Below are positions 1-13,246 of a stretch of DNA of 64,000 nt, piece after piece (the stretch's first letter is position 1; each line of letters begins with the position of its first letter). The notes beneath the pieces were generated by a model. That model was not told where the DNA came from. It did no database searches and was given only the letters and a program-made list of their open reading frames with translations. The DNA is taken from the NCBI GenBank assembly GCA_044892525.1, contig CM097885.1, positions 45,944,001 to 46,008,000 on the forward strand, given 5' to 3'. Source of the stretch: Schmidtea polychroa (taxonomy: Eukaryota). The position numbers were made by a program, and so were the translations under genes.

Positions 1-1895
1 ATTTAAAAAACCTAATTAGATTCTTGTTTCAGCTTTCTAACTCAACAGATTAATAAAAAATTATATTGTTAAATATTTACAGTAATTATTTAATGGAAAT
101 TAGACATGTGTTATATCGCACGAAACTTCATGATTAATAATGCAAAACTGCAATTGAGACTAAAAAAATTTCTAGTTAGTCCAAATATTTTACAATTCAC
201 TGGACAATTATTACTAAATTTTCTCAAATAAATATAAAATAAAAACACACACTATTTATAATTAATGAGTAGGTACTTTTTCTGATTGTAATATTATTTA
301 TAATAATTAAAATCGTAATTTTTCGTTAAAGTTTATCAAAGCTCAGGCGTTTTATGAATTTTACGGGCCTGAGGTCATTTAAAATTATAGGCCCCGTAGT
401 GAGCAAAAGTTTTTTTATACACCAAACTATTAAATTTTCATTAATTTCTAATTAAGTTATTTACAATTATTTGTAAATTATGTTATTTTAAGAAATTTAC
501 AAAATGGTTCTGATTTTAGGATCAAGTTCAATTTGAAGATAAAATATTTTAAACTGAAAGAAATAAAAAGGTTGAATCAAGTAAAAGACGTCCAAAAAAT
601 TAATAAATTATAATTAAATTTAATAAAAATAATAGTAATAAAATGATTTTAAATTATACATTTTATTTTTAAGTATTAGAAAATCGACTCACAATTTTTC
701 AAAAGTCATCGCCCATTTTATTATCTTTCCAAATATATAAATTAAAAATATTCAAACAAATTTATTAATATTTCAATAATAAAAAGACTGAACTGGGGCG
801 TCTTTTTACTTGAGCCAAAAATTTTATGTATAATTTTTAATTATTAGTAATAAATAATTTTATATTATTATCTTAAGTTATAATTTCTTATCGTGTAACA
901 AATATTACATAGTAATTAGAAAATTTCTAATATTTGTGTTTTAAAATAAGCATATCTCCGACAATATTTAATAATTTACTCTGGAGAGTGATTGAGCCTA
1001 CCAATGGCCCTGCTTTTTAATAATAAAATTTTAAAAATAAGAAACTTGCCTAGACTCAATTTTTCCATATTCTGCCTCTGGCCTCACACAGCTTGTTTTG
1101 ATTTCATTAATAATTTTCAATGAATAAAAATCATTTTAATATTAAAGATTAATAAAACAAAACAAATGGTTAAATATAAAAAATAAGATTGGTGGAATTT
1201 GATAGAATTTGATAAAAATGATCAATTTAGGTAGGTTGGTAGATGATTATGGATACATAAAATGAACCCCTATATGCTTCATCAATCAACATTATATAAT
1301 TTAACTATAAAATAATGATCTAGTTGCACTTTTACATTGTGAAATTGATGTACTGGAATTATCCTTTGCCTGTATATTACTTTACAAATAGTTTCATTCC
1401 AAATCATCAAGACATTTTTTATAAATTTAAAAATTTCAGGCATCTATTTGTTTATATACAATTTCCTGGAGGTCACATGGACTGGAAAGTACTCTTTTTA
1501 TTTTACTATTGAATTTCTTATATAGATTTGACTTACAATGCTTTATTTATTTATAATGTTTTATTTGTTTTGAAATAAGGTTTTTTTGATTAAATTATAA
1601 ACATAAAATCAATTAAAATTTTATAAAAACAAAAAAAAATTTTACAACCATTTTCTGTCAATTAGAAGTTTAGCCAGAATTTTTTTTAATTATTTCATAA
1701 TAATTATAAAAAGCAAATTTTCTATAACTAATTCAATTAATTTCTGAATGTTGTTTTGTTTCAAACGTAGCCAATTCGTTTCAAATGCATCTAAAACAAT
1801 TGAGAATTTCAGTAAAAAAAATTCTTTGCGAATCTTAAAACGCCAGTTTTTATCAGTTTTGTTTTAAATTACCATGGTTATTATTTCATTTTAAA

Positions 1896-2007
<112 letters not shown>

Positions 2008-2120
2008 GTAATCCAACAACAATTGATAACATCCACTTACCTCAGATTCTCAACAAAGATCGAAACATCAAGAGAAATAAAAACATCAAAGATTATATTT
2101 TAACAAATTTAATTAGAAGT

Positions 2121-4414
2121 ATGTACGGAGAAACTCATAGGGAACAAAAGAATCAAGAAAACATTTTGAAAACGTATTTGAATAACCACCCAAAAGAATT
2201 GATCTACGAGGTACAAAGACAATCCTTCATGACAGCAGAAGCACATTATTCCTTGCGATTTGACAAAAGAATCAAACACCTTTTGAGAAAAAAGGAGCTC
2301 AAAGCAGGCCTTGTTATGAACAATGAAACACTGGACGGAAACGAAAGCATTACAGTGAACAAAGAACTAGTAACCGATCTCACAAATTGTCTATCCAAAG
2401 GTGAAAAAGGATTACTTTCACTAGGACCAAAGTTCAGTTTAAACAGAGAAATAGATGAAGCAGCCATCCTCAATTTCAAAACAGCTCTTTGTCGCATTGC
2501 GTACCAGATCAAATGGAACAATACAATACCGCATGAAAATGAAAATAGCGAAAACCAGCTCCCAGTATACATAAACACAGATAAACTCTATCAACCAAAT
2601 CCTGATGCAGAATTAGATTCAACACTCTCAAAGGTCTGTCACAAAATCATGGAGATAGTTGAGAAGGAAAGAAGAAAACCATATCTCTCAAACCTAACGA
2701 AAGACGAACAGGCAATATTAAAATCCTTTAAAAAGAAACCGTACGTTTACTTACCAAGTGACAAGGGGGGAGAATTTTGCATTATAGAGAAGAATCGTTA
2801 CTGTGAAGCTGGTTACGAACACCTCGGCAACATCGAAACATACAAGAAAGTCAGCCGCATGTCACCAAACACCATCGAAATGAAGATCAACAAAGTATGG
2901 AAAGCCATAGCTTTGGAAATGAGGCTCAACAACAGAATAACCAACAGCTTCGTCACAAAAAATTCTGATCTTCCTAACTTCTACCACCTAATTAAAACTC
3001 ACAAAGAGGGTCCTGGTATCAAAATTAGACCTATAGTGTCCAACAAAAATGGACCAACAACTAAAACAAGTTGGCTCCTTGCAAAGATCTTGAAACCTTT
3101 ATTAGACACGATACCACACCATCTTCAAAGCAGCGACTGCCTCATGACAAGACTAAATAATAACATGATTTGTCATAGAGAATTCCAATACCCATTTAGT
3201 CTTGATGTCGTATCACTATACACATCTATCGAACCAACAGAGGCTATTCAATGTTTAGAAAAGAAATTAAGAGAAAGCAACTTGTTAATAAAGGAAATGA
3301 ATATCGAGAATATCACCAAACTACTTACTGTTATCCTCGAGAACACCTATTTTACCTTTGAACAAAATATCTATAAACAAGTTAAAGGTCTGCCTATGGG
3401 TTCTAGCATATCAGGACTGCTAGCAATCATCTTTATGGATAACCTCGAACGACAGACACTGAGGACCATACAACCCATCGGTTTCTATGCAAGATATGTA
3501 GATGATATCTTCATCACGACCAAAAACAAAAAAGAAGCGGAGGAAATATTTCATACATTCAATGCGGCTCATCAAGATATTAAGTTCGAAATCGAATATC
3601 CGGAAGAAGATGGATCCCTCAATTTATTGGATTTGAGAATCAAAATAGAAGAAAATACTCCAACATACGGATTCTACAGAAAACCAGCTCGCAAAGAAAT
3701 ATTTATGCACCAAAGATCAGCGCTTCCATACTTACAGAAAGTACATGTCATAAGAAACGAGAAACTAAGAATAGCCAATCGATGCACGGAGAAAAACGAA
3801 AACTTTAAAGAGCAATCAAATTTCAATAAAATCCTACACCGAAACGGATACCAAGGTGAGGACATTGAAAGAATGAATTCTACCCCAAGAAGATCTAGGG
3901 AATTAACACAAAAGAATCAGAAATATTTCTATCTGAATATCCCATACTCGACTTCAAGATCCTGAAAGAACTTAAACGTACCGGTCTTCCAATTCGGATA
4001 GCACATAAATCTTGGACATTGAGAAGGGCTCTGGCAGGCAACATAAATAGAGAAAACAATTGCACAATGAAAAACTGCCAGACACCGAAAGATATGTGCT
4101 TTAGAAAAAACATCGTCTATTGCATCACGTGCAATGTATGCAATGAAATCTACATTGGAAGTACCCTCAGGACATTGCACCAAAGAGTTAAAGAACATCT
4201 AGATCCTGGTGGAACATCCTCGTTGGGCAGACATCTCCGGCAGTGTCAGCCAACAGAAGAAAGAAAAAATATTTCAATAGAAATCATAGCTAATGGAAAC
4301 ATCCAAAAGAAAAATGTCAGAATCAAAGAAGCAATTCTCATCATAAACAGACAGCCAAAGATCAACACTAAAGAAGAAATCAATGAAATCATGAATTTGA
4401 TCTGTTGTCATTGA
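2121..4414 (+). pseudogene. PLE polyprotein (RT + GIY-YIG) split by a frameshift near 3948
   Basis: The RT frame reads YLNIPY and soon stops (3965). The next frame reads DFKILKELKRTGLPIRIAHKSWTLRRAL straight into the GIY-YIG ORF. Confidence 0.88.
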
Positions 4415-4811
4415 CTTTGAGAATAACTGACAATATATAAAGAAATTAAAAAAAATAGAATAAATTAAAAAGTAATAATTAGAATAATATAAAAAAAAAT
4501 TTTAAAAAATAGGGTTTGAAAATCAAAATTGACACATTTATTGAAATATTTAAATAGCATATATAAGTAGTTATTGGAGGCTTTATTTAAAATATTTTCA
4601 AATATTTTATTAGGCTTCTAGAAGCTAATTATAGAAGCTGTAAAAAAATTTAAAAATTTTTAGTTTGTGTCATTTTGAAATTTTAAATGTAAAAAATTTT
4701 AAAAGTTTTTAGTAAAACAATTCATTATATTTACAACCAATGAGAATTAAGAGAAAGGAAATCAAAGAAAGATTGAAAGGTATTTTGGGGAAGAACATTG
4801 CTAAATTCCAG

Positions 4812-4850
4812 GAGATTGACAAGGACTATCGTATAGTCGAAAATTCTTTC
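4812..4850 (+). ncRNA. Minimal type I hammerhead ribozyme (U3-A8 variant) in the PLE 3' region
   Basis: gaga-TTGACAA-g-GACTAT(cgt)ATAGTC-GAAA-at-TC-tttc: perfect 6-bp helix II, palindromic AATT helix III, 4-bp helix I with one G.U pair. Confidence 0.75.
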
Positions 4851-4904
4851 ATTAAATACATTATTTGCACCAAAAGGCTTAAATTATCATTTTATTGTTT
4901 TAAA

Positions 4905-4962
4905 TAATAGTAATAATAATAATAATGATAATAATAATAATAATAGTAATAATAATAATAAT
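4905..4962. repeat. Degenerate (AAT)n at the PLE 3' junction
   Basis: aat repeats with occasional agt/gat units. Confidence 0.9.
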
Positions 4963-5093
4963 CACTTGAAAAAGCCTGTCCCGAAAATTCGTGAATATCA
5001 AAAAAAACATCGATATCTTTACTGATTCAAATTTCTAATATATACAATGTCAATTGAAAAGAAATCAGAGGTGAAAATTGAAAAATGTTCTTA
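4963..5093 (+). repeat. Dispersed ~130-bp repeat family (copy 1)
   Basis: cacttgaaaaag..ccgaaaattcgtgaatatcaaaaaaaacatcgatatctttactgatt..gaaaagaaatcagaggtgaaaattgaaaaa recurs at ~22296, ~27617(-), ~41141, ~52011, ~63341(-) and ~63505. Confidence 0.85.
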
Positions 5094-5322
5094 TAATAAT
5101 AATAATAATTATAATAATAATAATGAAATTTTATTTTTCTAATTATGTATTTTATGAGAAAATTAATATAAAAAATTAAATATTCTATATTCAGAATTTA
5201 GAAAAATATATTATTTCTTAAGAGATTTAGCAAGATTTCAGCAGAAATCAACATTATAAATTATTTATTATAACATTTGATTTTAAAATAATCCAACATG
5301 CATTTTCTTGAGATATAGAATG

Positions 5323-5445
<123 letters not shown>

Positions 5446-6090
5446 TTTACGCACTTGATAAAAGCTGTGGTGAAATATTGTGTAACTTATAATTATTTAT
5501 ATTCTTAAACGTTAAAATAGAAATTATTGAATTAAAAATAGATTAAAGGTGAAACCAAAAGATAATAAATATTGTTTTTTTCATTATACTCAATTTAAAA
5601 TTTAACATAAGGGATTTGGAAAATCGACTTTTTATTCCGAATCATTTAATATCCTAACAGTAATTTAAGTAATTTAATCTACATTATTTCTGGATTCACC
5701 GTGTTGAGATTAAATTTCTTGTTGAAATCCATGAGATATTTTGGTTTTCGGACTCGACTTTATAATTGACAAGTTTTTTTATTTGATTCTGCATCTGAAT
5801 GTAATTAAATTATATTTTATTTCCACTTCAATATGGCTATAACTCTATTCAATTTATTATTGTTTTTTTTCTGTAAAATTTTCCATGCTATTTACTTGGA
5901 CGATTCAGTAATTGAAAATACGAAATTTTAATTAATAAAATTTAGTAATTAAAATTAGGCTTTTCTATTTGGTTTGAATGAATTATTGTAAAACTTTTGT
6001 TTGTCATAAAAATATGATGAATATATAAATGATTATAATATTCTCATTACCTTGAATATCATTTAATTTAATTCTAATATATATTAATAA

Positions 6091-6581
6091 CTAGCTAGGG
6101 TACCCGGTGTTGCACGATTTAAAAAAATAGTAAACATATTCAAAATGAAGAAATTTATTTCAATTCATTCATTTAAAAAAAAATAATTTAAAAAATACAC
6201 AAAAATTTAATTAAATAAAGTACTTTTAATTTATATATCACTTATATCTATTTAAATGTAAAACTTAAAACGGCACCCCGACGGTAAAAAAAGGGTCATA
6301 TGAAAAACTGAAATAATTCTTTTTTATAAACCTAGCATGATCTACAACTTTTTTTGTAACACTGTTGCCAATTTCACCTCCTTGGGGTATCTACTGTAGT
6401 AAATCAAGGTCACCCTGAGTAAGGTTAGGGTACCATATTGGTAGTCACCTGGGGTTGAAACATAGCATATGACCTGTCCCGAGTCAAATGAGGGTCACAT
6501 GAAAAATTTCAGCACCCTAAGTTCAACGGTGGGGAATTCTATGGGTAACAAACAAAAAAACTTTCATCTTTATATATTAGA
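6091..6581 (-). mobile_element. Non-autonomous Helitron
   Basis: The minus strand begins A|TCTAATATATAAAG and ends cgtgcaacaccgggtaccctagCTAG|T. This gives a 5' TC, a 3' CTAG with a degenerate GC-rich subterminal hairpin, and insertion between A and T. Confidence 0.75.
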
Positions 6582-6707
6582 TAAATGATAATATTGTCTA
6601 ATTTTAATTTTTATTTTTATTTTGAACAACGATAAAAATGATAAATTATGTTTTTAAAAATTCATTTTGTTTTTCTTATAAACAATGGTTAACTTTTGAA
6701 AATTAAA

Positions 6708-6710
<3 letters not shown>

Positions 6711-6754
<44 letters not shown>
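6711..6754. repeat. (ATT)n microsatellite
   Basis: Direct observation. Confidence 0.95.
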
Positions 6755-6755
<1 letters not shown>

Positions 6756-9700
6756 GAAAATATATTTTCATCAGTATACTCAAATATTTTAAGCAATTAC
6801 TATACAAGCAGCACAAATAATGACAAAAAAGTACGTTGTTAGTTTTGTAAAGAGAAATCACCGGCAGCTGTGAAAATAGAAAAAAGAGGTTGACCGGCTA
6901 AATAAAATTTTGTTTGCATTTGAATATTTAGTTTGTTAAACTGATTTTTATTCATTATTTTTCCTGATTATATAAGTAATAAGTCACTGAACTTTCTACA
7001 ATTTAACTAATCATAAAATATTAACTCCTAAACAAATTCTTAATAATTATTTTTTAATTATGACGTCAACGGCTCTTAAAATTTTCAAATATTTTATAAA
7101 TTAAATGTTCTTTATTTATAATATTTAATATAAAATCTACAATACTCTATATAAATTTAAACAAACCTATGTTTTTTGTAGTTCATTTATTTTCATAGAC
7201 CTTTTATTAATATTTTGCTTTATATTTCACACAAACTTTCAGCACTGTTTTTTCATTTGTTTTTTCCTTTGGAAATGTGGCGAAAATTCGTGTAAAATAT
7301 AATAAATATATATATATATATATATATACTTGTTTCCTAACTTTATCAGTTCAATATTTTGATAGTTAGGCAGCTCGTGACTTTTAAACCAGGTAGGGAA
7401 CTAGGAGGAGAAATCTGGATGGGTAGTTTTCTTCAAAAAACTAAACTTCATATATTTTACTAACATTTTATTGCGAAATTAAACACACAAACACGCACTA
7501 CTGTCCTTTATACACACAAATCTTTCGATAATCTTTCAGATCTGTTGAATAAAACCTTTGTGGATCTATAATACTGCGAGTGTTTAATAAATTTTGGGAA
7601 AATCTTTTAATATTTCTATAATTTGATCGACTGTTGTTTCGAATTTCTGCAGCCAATATATTTGTAGAATTTCTTGATTGTAAAACATTGTATACAATAC
7701 CCACTTGTTTAAATACTAAATAAAAAATGATTAAAATAATCAAATTTTTCATCTCTCATAAATTTCATAAATCCAGTTGCCTCCAATATACTTTTGTCAT
7801 AACATTCCACTTTTTGTTGAATTATTTCCAAACATTTTATCAGGTCCTCTCTGTTTTCTTTAACACTGTTTATAATTCAAAAAGTGAAATTCCATACAAT
7901 TCTGAACCGAAATTTTTATTAATTTTTCAATCACCTTGAGAAATCGGTATATTTCTTGGCTGATGTGCACTGAGTCTGTTTATTTCTAATTTTCTTTCCA
8001 AACTTGAGGACAAAAACGGTTTTTTAACAAATTATCGACTTTGATCATTATGGGTTCTAAAGCAGCAAAAATGTGATTAATAAAAATGTTTAATGATTAA
8101 AATGAAAGACTGGAATATTGTGATTGATTTAAACGTAATTAGAACCAATTGTATTCGATGTATGGTGTGGCTACAGGATAGAGAAATCTTTGTTTATTCA
8201 CAATGTGTCACCAAAAAAATATAGGAGAAATGTGTGTCGACAATGGTCCGGGTGCATTTAAAGATAATCTGCACTTAGATAGGTGTGTATGTGTATGTAT
8301 GTTAGGTTCGATGGGTAGGTACTCGAACTAACACAATCGTAAATCTGACTCCACAAATATTAGTTATAACACGCTTAGTTAATTTAGATATAAATAACAA
8401 ATATACTTTTAAATATTTATTCAAAAAACTAAATATGTTACAAAAATTACAATAAAACTGGATGCACGCTACAGAATAGGAAATGGTTGTACAAACCCCC
8501 TGAAGGTTATTTCTAAGTATCAATGCTGGCCCTAAATGCGCCAACAGCCCGATATAAGTGATAGGAACAAGATAGGATATTAACCAAAATTTATCCGCGA
8601 TAATGTCAACCCAGAAAATGGTTGACACTTTAATCATATTTCAAAGCGAGACAGCTACAAAAACGTAAGCTGACACTGCGTACCTTCAAAGTTAAGTTAT
8701 TACTTAAAATCTATAAAAAATTACTAAAACAATTATCTGTGTAATCTGCTTAGTTCTGATGATACTTTGCACGGCTCTCAAACAAACGATTTTTGCAAAT
8801 GAAAAATTCCAAATCGCTATGAAATAACCGTAATGGTTAACCATAACAAGACAATATTTAATCGATACAAATAGTGTCGGATAAAACTAATGATTGTGCA
8901 ATTTATTCTGTATCTTGTTCGAGTTGGTCTCGTGTGTTTCCGTTGAATCTGTTTATCTAGAATTGATATTGATCTGTTTGTGCTAATTTGAAGTCTAATG
9001 TTCTCGTCCTCCTTTTCACTAAAATTTTGATCACTATTTATATTATTTAATATTTCTATTGATCTATTTATGGTAATTGTTTAATTACCAAAAAATACCT
9101 ATATTATTTATTTAAACGCTATTTTTTTATAGTAATTTTTAATTACTATTTTTATTTCAATTTCATACTTTGTAATTATTAATAATTTTAATTCTATTTA
9201 TAGTAATTATTAAATACTAATAATAAATTATTTTATTTAATTCGAAAACTTTCTTAATGTCTTTATTAAATTCTACAACTTTCCTAATACATTTATCCCG
9301 GCTCCTACTGATTATTATTATAATTAAAATATATATCATTAAAAAATTCTTGAATTAAAGACATTTTATATTTAAAATAATAAATTGTGTTCTCTCTTGA
9401 AAATTCAAATAAGAATATGACTATAAATGTATTAGATTCTGCTTTATTATTGATGATATAAGAGAGCAAAAGTTTTACTTTTTGTGTACTTAAGAATGTT
9501 AAAGGTTTTCTTATGCTACATAAGATGGTTGGAAATATTTAGTTTTTTAACTACTTTACTGTTAGTAATTAAAGTAAAATAAAAATTACAGTAAAACAAA
9601 ACGACATTTCAAAATAAAAATATTACACTCTGAATTTTTATGAATCTGTTTTCTTGATGTTCTTTAAATATTAATAATCTGTATTTGTCATATTTTATAT

Positions 9701-11588
9701 ATGTAATTTTAATATGAATTTATAAAAAAATACTATCGTTCAATGAAAAAATTCTAACAAAATAGAATTAAAAACAATTTTTGATTTTACAATAAATTTT
9801 CTTTTAAAAAAAAATTTAAAATTAACTAAAACTCTTTAAAATTATAATTAAAAATAATTAAATGAATTTGAAATGCATCGAAAAATCTTGATCAATTAAA
9901 ACAAATTTTGTTAGCAAAAATTTCAAAATTAAAGATTCCACAAATGATAAGATTTTCCTTTGAGATTTCAAAAAATAAAAAAAGTGAAATCAGTTGTTCG
10001 GCACAAAATCGATATTTCTGCCGTCCATCAGCAGAAAATAGTTGAGAACAGAGCTTGTTGTCAAATAGGGGAAAAACACTGTAGCGAAATATGTCAATCA
10101 TCTATGATAAGTCGATGTTATGAATTTCCCATACACAGCACTGGGGCAGCAAACGGTCACTGCAACAAATATACAACAGCTAAAAAACTCCATCACGGCT
10201 TTGGTGGCCAGTCTCATAAATAATGTAAATTGGTTAATCGACCAGGGCAAAAAAAAGCCAATTGAAATGAGCATCAGGCCGAAGCTAGATTTGTTAATCT
10301 AACTAATGTGTTTTCCATTAACTTGCTCCTTTGGGACCCGCTAAACGATCGATGAAAGAGGCCGGGAAATCTTATTTGGTATTAATTCAATTATAGAAGT
10401 AGTGTTGGGGGCCACCGCTGGTCGATAATGCTGATGACTTGATTTTAACTGTGGGTCTGATTTGTTTGCACCAGTCAATTTTTGATACTGGCTACCAGAG
10501 ATAAGGATTGGCCACTTGCAATTGAATTTGAGTAGATATCGCCCAGCTTTATATCCCTTTGGGACCTCTATTGGTGTCTGATGAAGAAGAATTAGACGAA
10601 TGGGTGAAAGATTGGTGATAATTGTAAACTGTTCCCTCGAGTTGAGGTTTATAGTTTAATCGCTACCAGCATTTATTCATTTAATTGAGTGTTTCCTGAG
10701 CTGGTTGTTGGTGTTTTGGTGGCAGATTTACACGAGTTGCTAGAGATAAAGCCACACTGATGACGATGATGATGTTTATTATTATTTTCTATGAACAATT
10801 TTTTTTCTTTTTTTCCTTCTAGAAAGCTGTAGCAGCATCTGGTTAGCACTGCCAAAAAAATTCCTGATCGATACGGGAGTGAATTAGATCATCCCGACTA
10901 AATAATTCAGTCAATTATTCCTCAATTTTTAAATCCTTACTATCGATTTTATTAGACAAAATTAAATGTGATTATTTTAATCCGATTTTGGTTTTGTTTA
11001 TTTTTTTTTAAATATTTATTGATTTTGCGCGGTTTTAATTGTTAATTAAATCTTTAATGAAAATAATTTCAAAATTGCAATTATAGATTTTATTTGATAT
11101 TTGTTTTATTGAAGTTGTGAATGTATTGATTGGGAAATTTTCCCACAATAAAAATTATTGTTGAATAATATTTTAAAGTGGTCAGATTTCTATAAATGCT
11201 GGTAGAAATTTATGACAATACAGCACAGTTTTTGTAATTCTTGTTTTACTAGTTGTGCAAATTATTTAAATAAATGTTACTTTTCAATATTAAAAAAATA
11301 CTTGTTTCAAAGTAAATTTATTTTAAAAAAATATTAGATTTTAATTTAATGATTTTTTATTTGTTTTTAATGAAAGAAATAGGAAAATATTTTAATTTAT
11401 TTAAAAGAATTAATTACAATTTTATTTTATTTTATATTATTTAATTCGAATAAGATAATCTATAATTTTTCAAGTCACTAAAGATGTGAAAATTTTCAAA
11501 TATTTAGAGTACCACTATGAAAATATTGTTTATCTCAATTTCTAAACTTTTTACAGATGTCGTCTATATTTCTAAAGTTAGATCAAAC

Positions 11589-11762
<174 letters not shown>

Positions 11763-11825
11763 AACATAATTAATTAAATAAACATACAATAGTTTAATTA
11801 TTAAAAAGCGCCACTATAACATACG

Positions 11826-11870
11826 TCTTACGATATATTTCGACAGTTTTCCTGTCATCATCAAATAGAA
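11826..11870 (-). ncRNA. Slightly degenerate minimal hammerhead ribozyme (family B)
   Basis: Minus strand: ttctat-TTGATGA-t-GACAG(gaaaa)CTGTC-GAAA-tata-TC-gtaaga. The downstream ~60 nt resemble those after the 33290 HHR. Confidence 0.65.
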
Positions 11871-12970
11871 TAGCCAAACTTATAAATGTGGAATATAATA
11901 AATGAAATAATGTCTGATTTTAAAATTTTTTAAAAACTTTTCTAATTATGTATGTCAAATGTTGCGGTTGTCGACAAACTTTTAAATTAATAATAACTGA
12001 TCTAACTCCAAGCGAGATTTATCTGATAATAATGGAAACGAATTCCAGGCATTAAGTATGATTATTTAATATAGCACAAATAGTTACAAAAATTACAACG
12101 ACATCATTTATTTAATATCTAAACCAATTTTTATCGATTGCTTATTGTAACACTTCGAGAAGAATATTACTTTTGATAACAAGTTCAAATACACGACCAC
12201 ACAACTACCATTGCTGAGATGATAATGGGTAAAATCGATCTAATTGCGTTCTCGCTTCTACTCGGAGGCTTAAACACCCTTTATTATTAATTGGATCTAC
12301 GTAACATGTTAAAAATAAAGTAGACAAGCTTCCTTTTTTAGATTCTAAGTCTTTACTTCATCCGATTCAATTTTTATTTTTATTTTATATAACTTGTCAT
12401 TAGCTAGCACTTAGAGATAGTCCATTGTTGTTTTCGTGTTCTATTTTCAAGCAAAACCCGACAGCTGCCGAAATATAAAATCCCGTTTGATTACAACTTT
12501 TCTTTTCTCCGACTTTTCTCTCCGACTTTTTTTTCCGTGTTCAAATGCATTAAATACTTAAAACAAATAATTTTATTTTTAAATTTTTCTAAATTTCTAA
12601 ATTTTTTGTTAACATTAAAATTAATCGTCTTACTATCTTACATTTTTAATGTAGTAAAAATACCTATAAAATACGCAATTTAAGGAACATTTTTAAAAAT
12701 ATTTAACATTAAAACTATGTTATACATTCAAAAGAAATGGCCAATATATTGGCTCAGGGGAAGTAAGAGGGTTAAAATTAAACTATAATATTTTGGAAAT
12801 ATATTTATATTTAAATATATTTATATTTAAATATATTTATATTTAAATATATTTATTGAAAATAGTCCAAATTGAGAAATGATTTATAATTTAAATTAAA
12901 TTAAAAATATTTTAAATTAAGAAAATTTGTGTATTTTGTTTATTAAATCTATAATATCTACTTTTTTATC

Positions 12971-13011
12971 TTGCCTGAAGATGACAGGTAAACTGACAAA
13001 GTTAGTCGTAA
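12971..13011 (+). ncRNA. Decayed hammerhead ribozyme motif
   Basis: ttgc-CTGAAGA-t-GACAG(gtaaa)CTGAC-aaag-ttag-TC-gtaa. The GAAA box is mutated; the motif lies 25 nt before an (AAT)n tract. Confidence 0.4.
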
Positions 13012-13035
13012 ATCCTATGTTTGAGTAACGCTTTC

Positions 13036-13246
<211 letters not shown>

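Larger units (their letters stand above)
2010..4904 (+). mobile_element. Penelope-like retroelement (RT followed by C-terminal GIY-YIG endonuclease), 5'-truncated and frameshifted
   Basis: ORF 2121-3965 has PLE RT motifs (PSDKGG, KIRPIVS, SLDVVSLYT, KGLPMGSSIS, YARYVDDIF, LNLLDL). ORF 4019-4414 has a GIY-YIG domain (NIVYCITCNVCNEIYIGST..R.KEH...EAILI....PKIN). An AT-rich 3' region carries an HHR motif, and (AAT)n flanks both ends. Confidence 0.95.

Noticed and set aside
7498..8637. Short ORFs and coding-like composition
   Set aside because: No recognisable domain; probably a decayed TE but it cannot be assigned.
12498..12860. Short tandem repeats (ttttctccgac x3; a 16-mer atatttatatttaaat array) considered as CRISPR-like or functional arrays
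   Set aside because: No spacers, eukaryotic context; simple or subterminal TE repeats.
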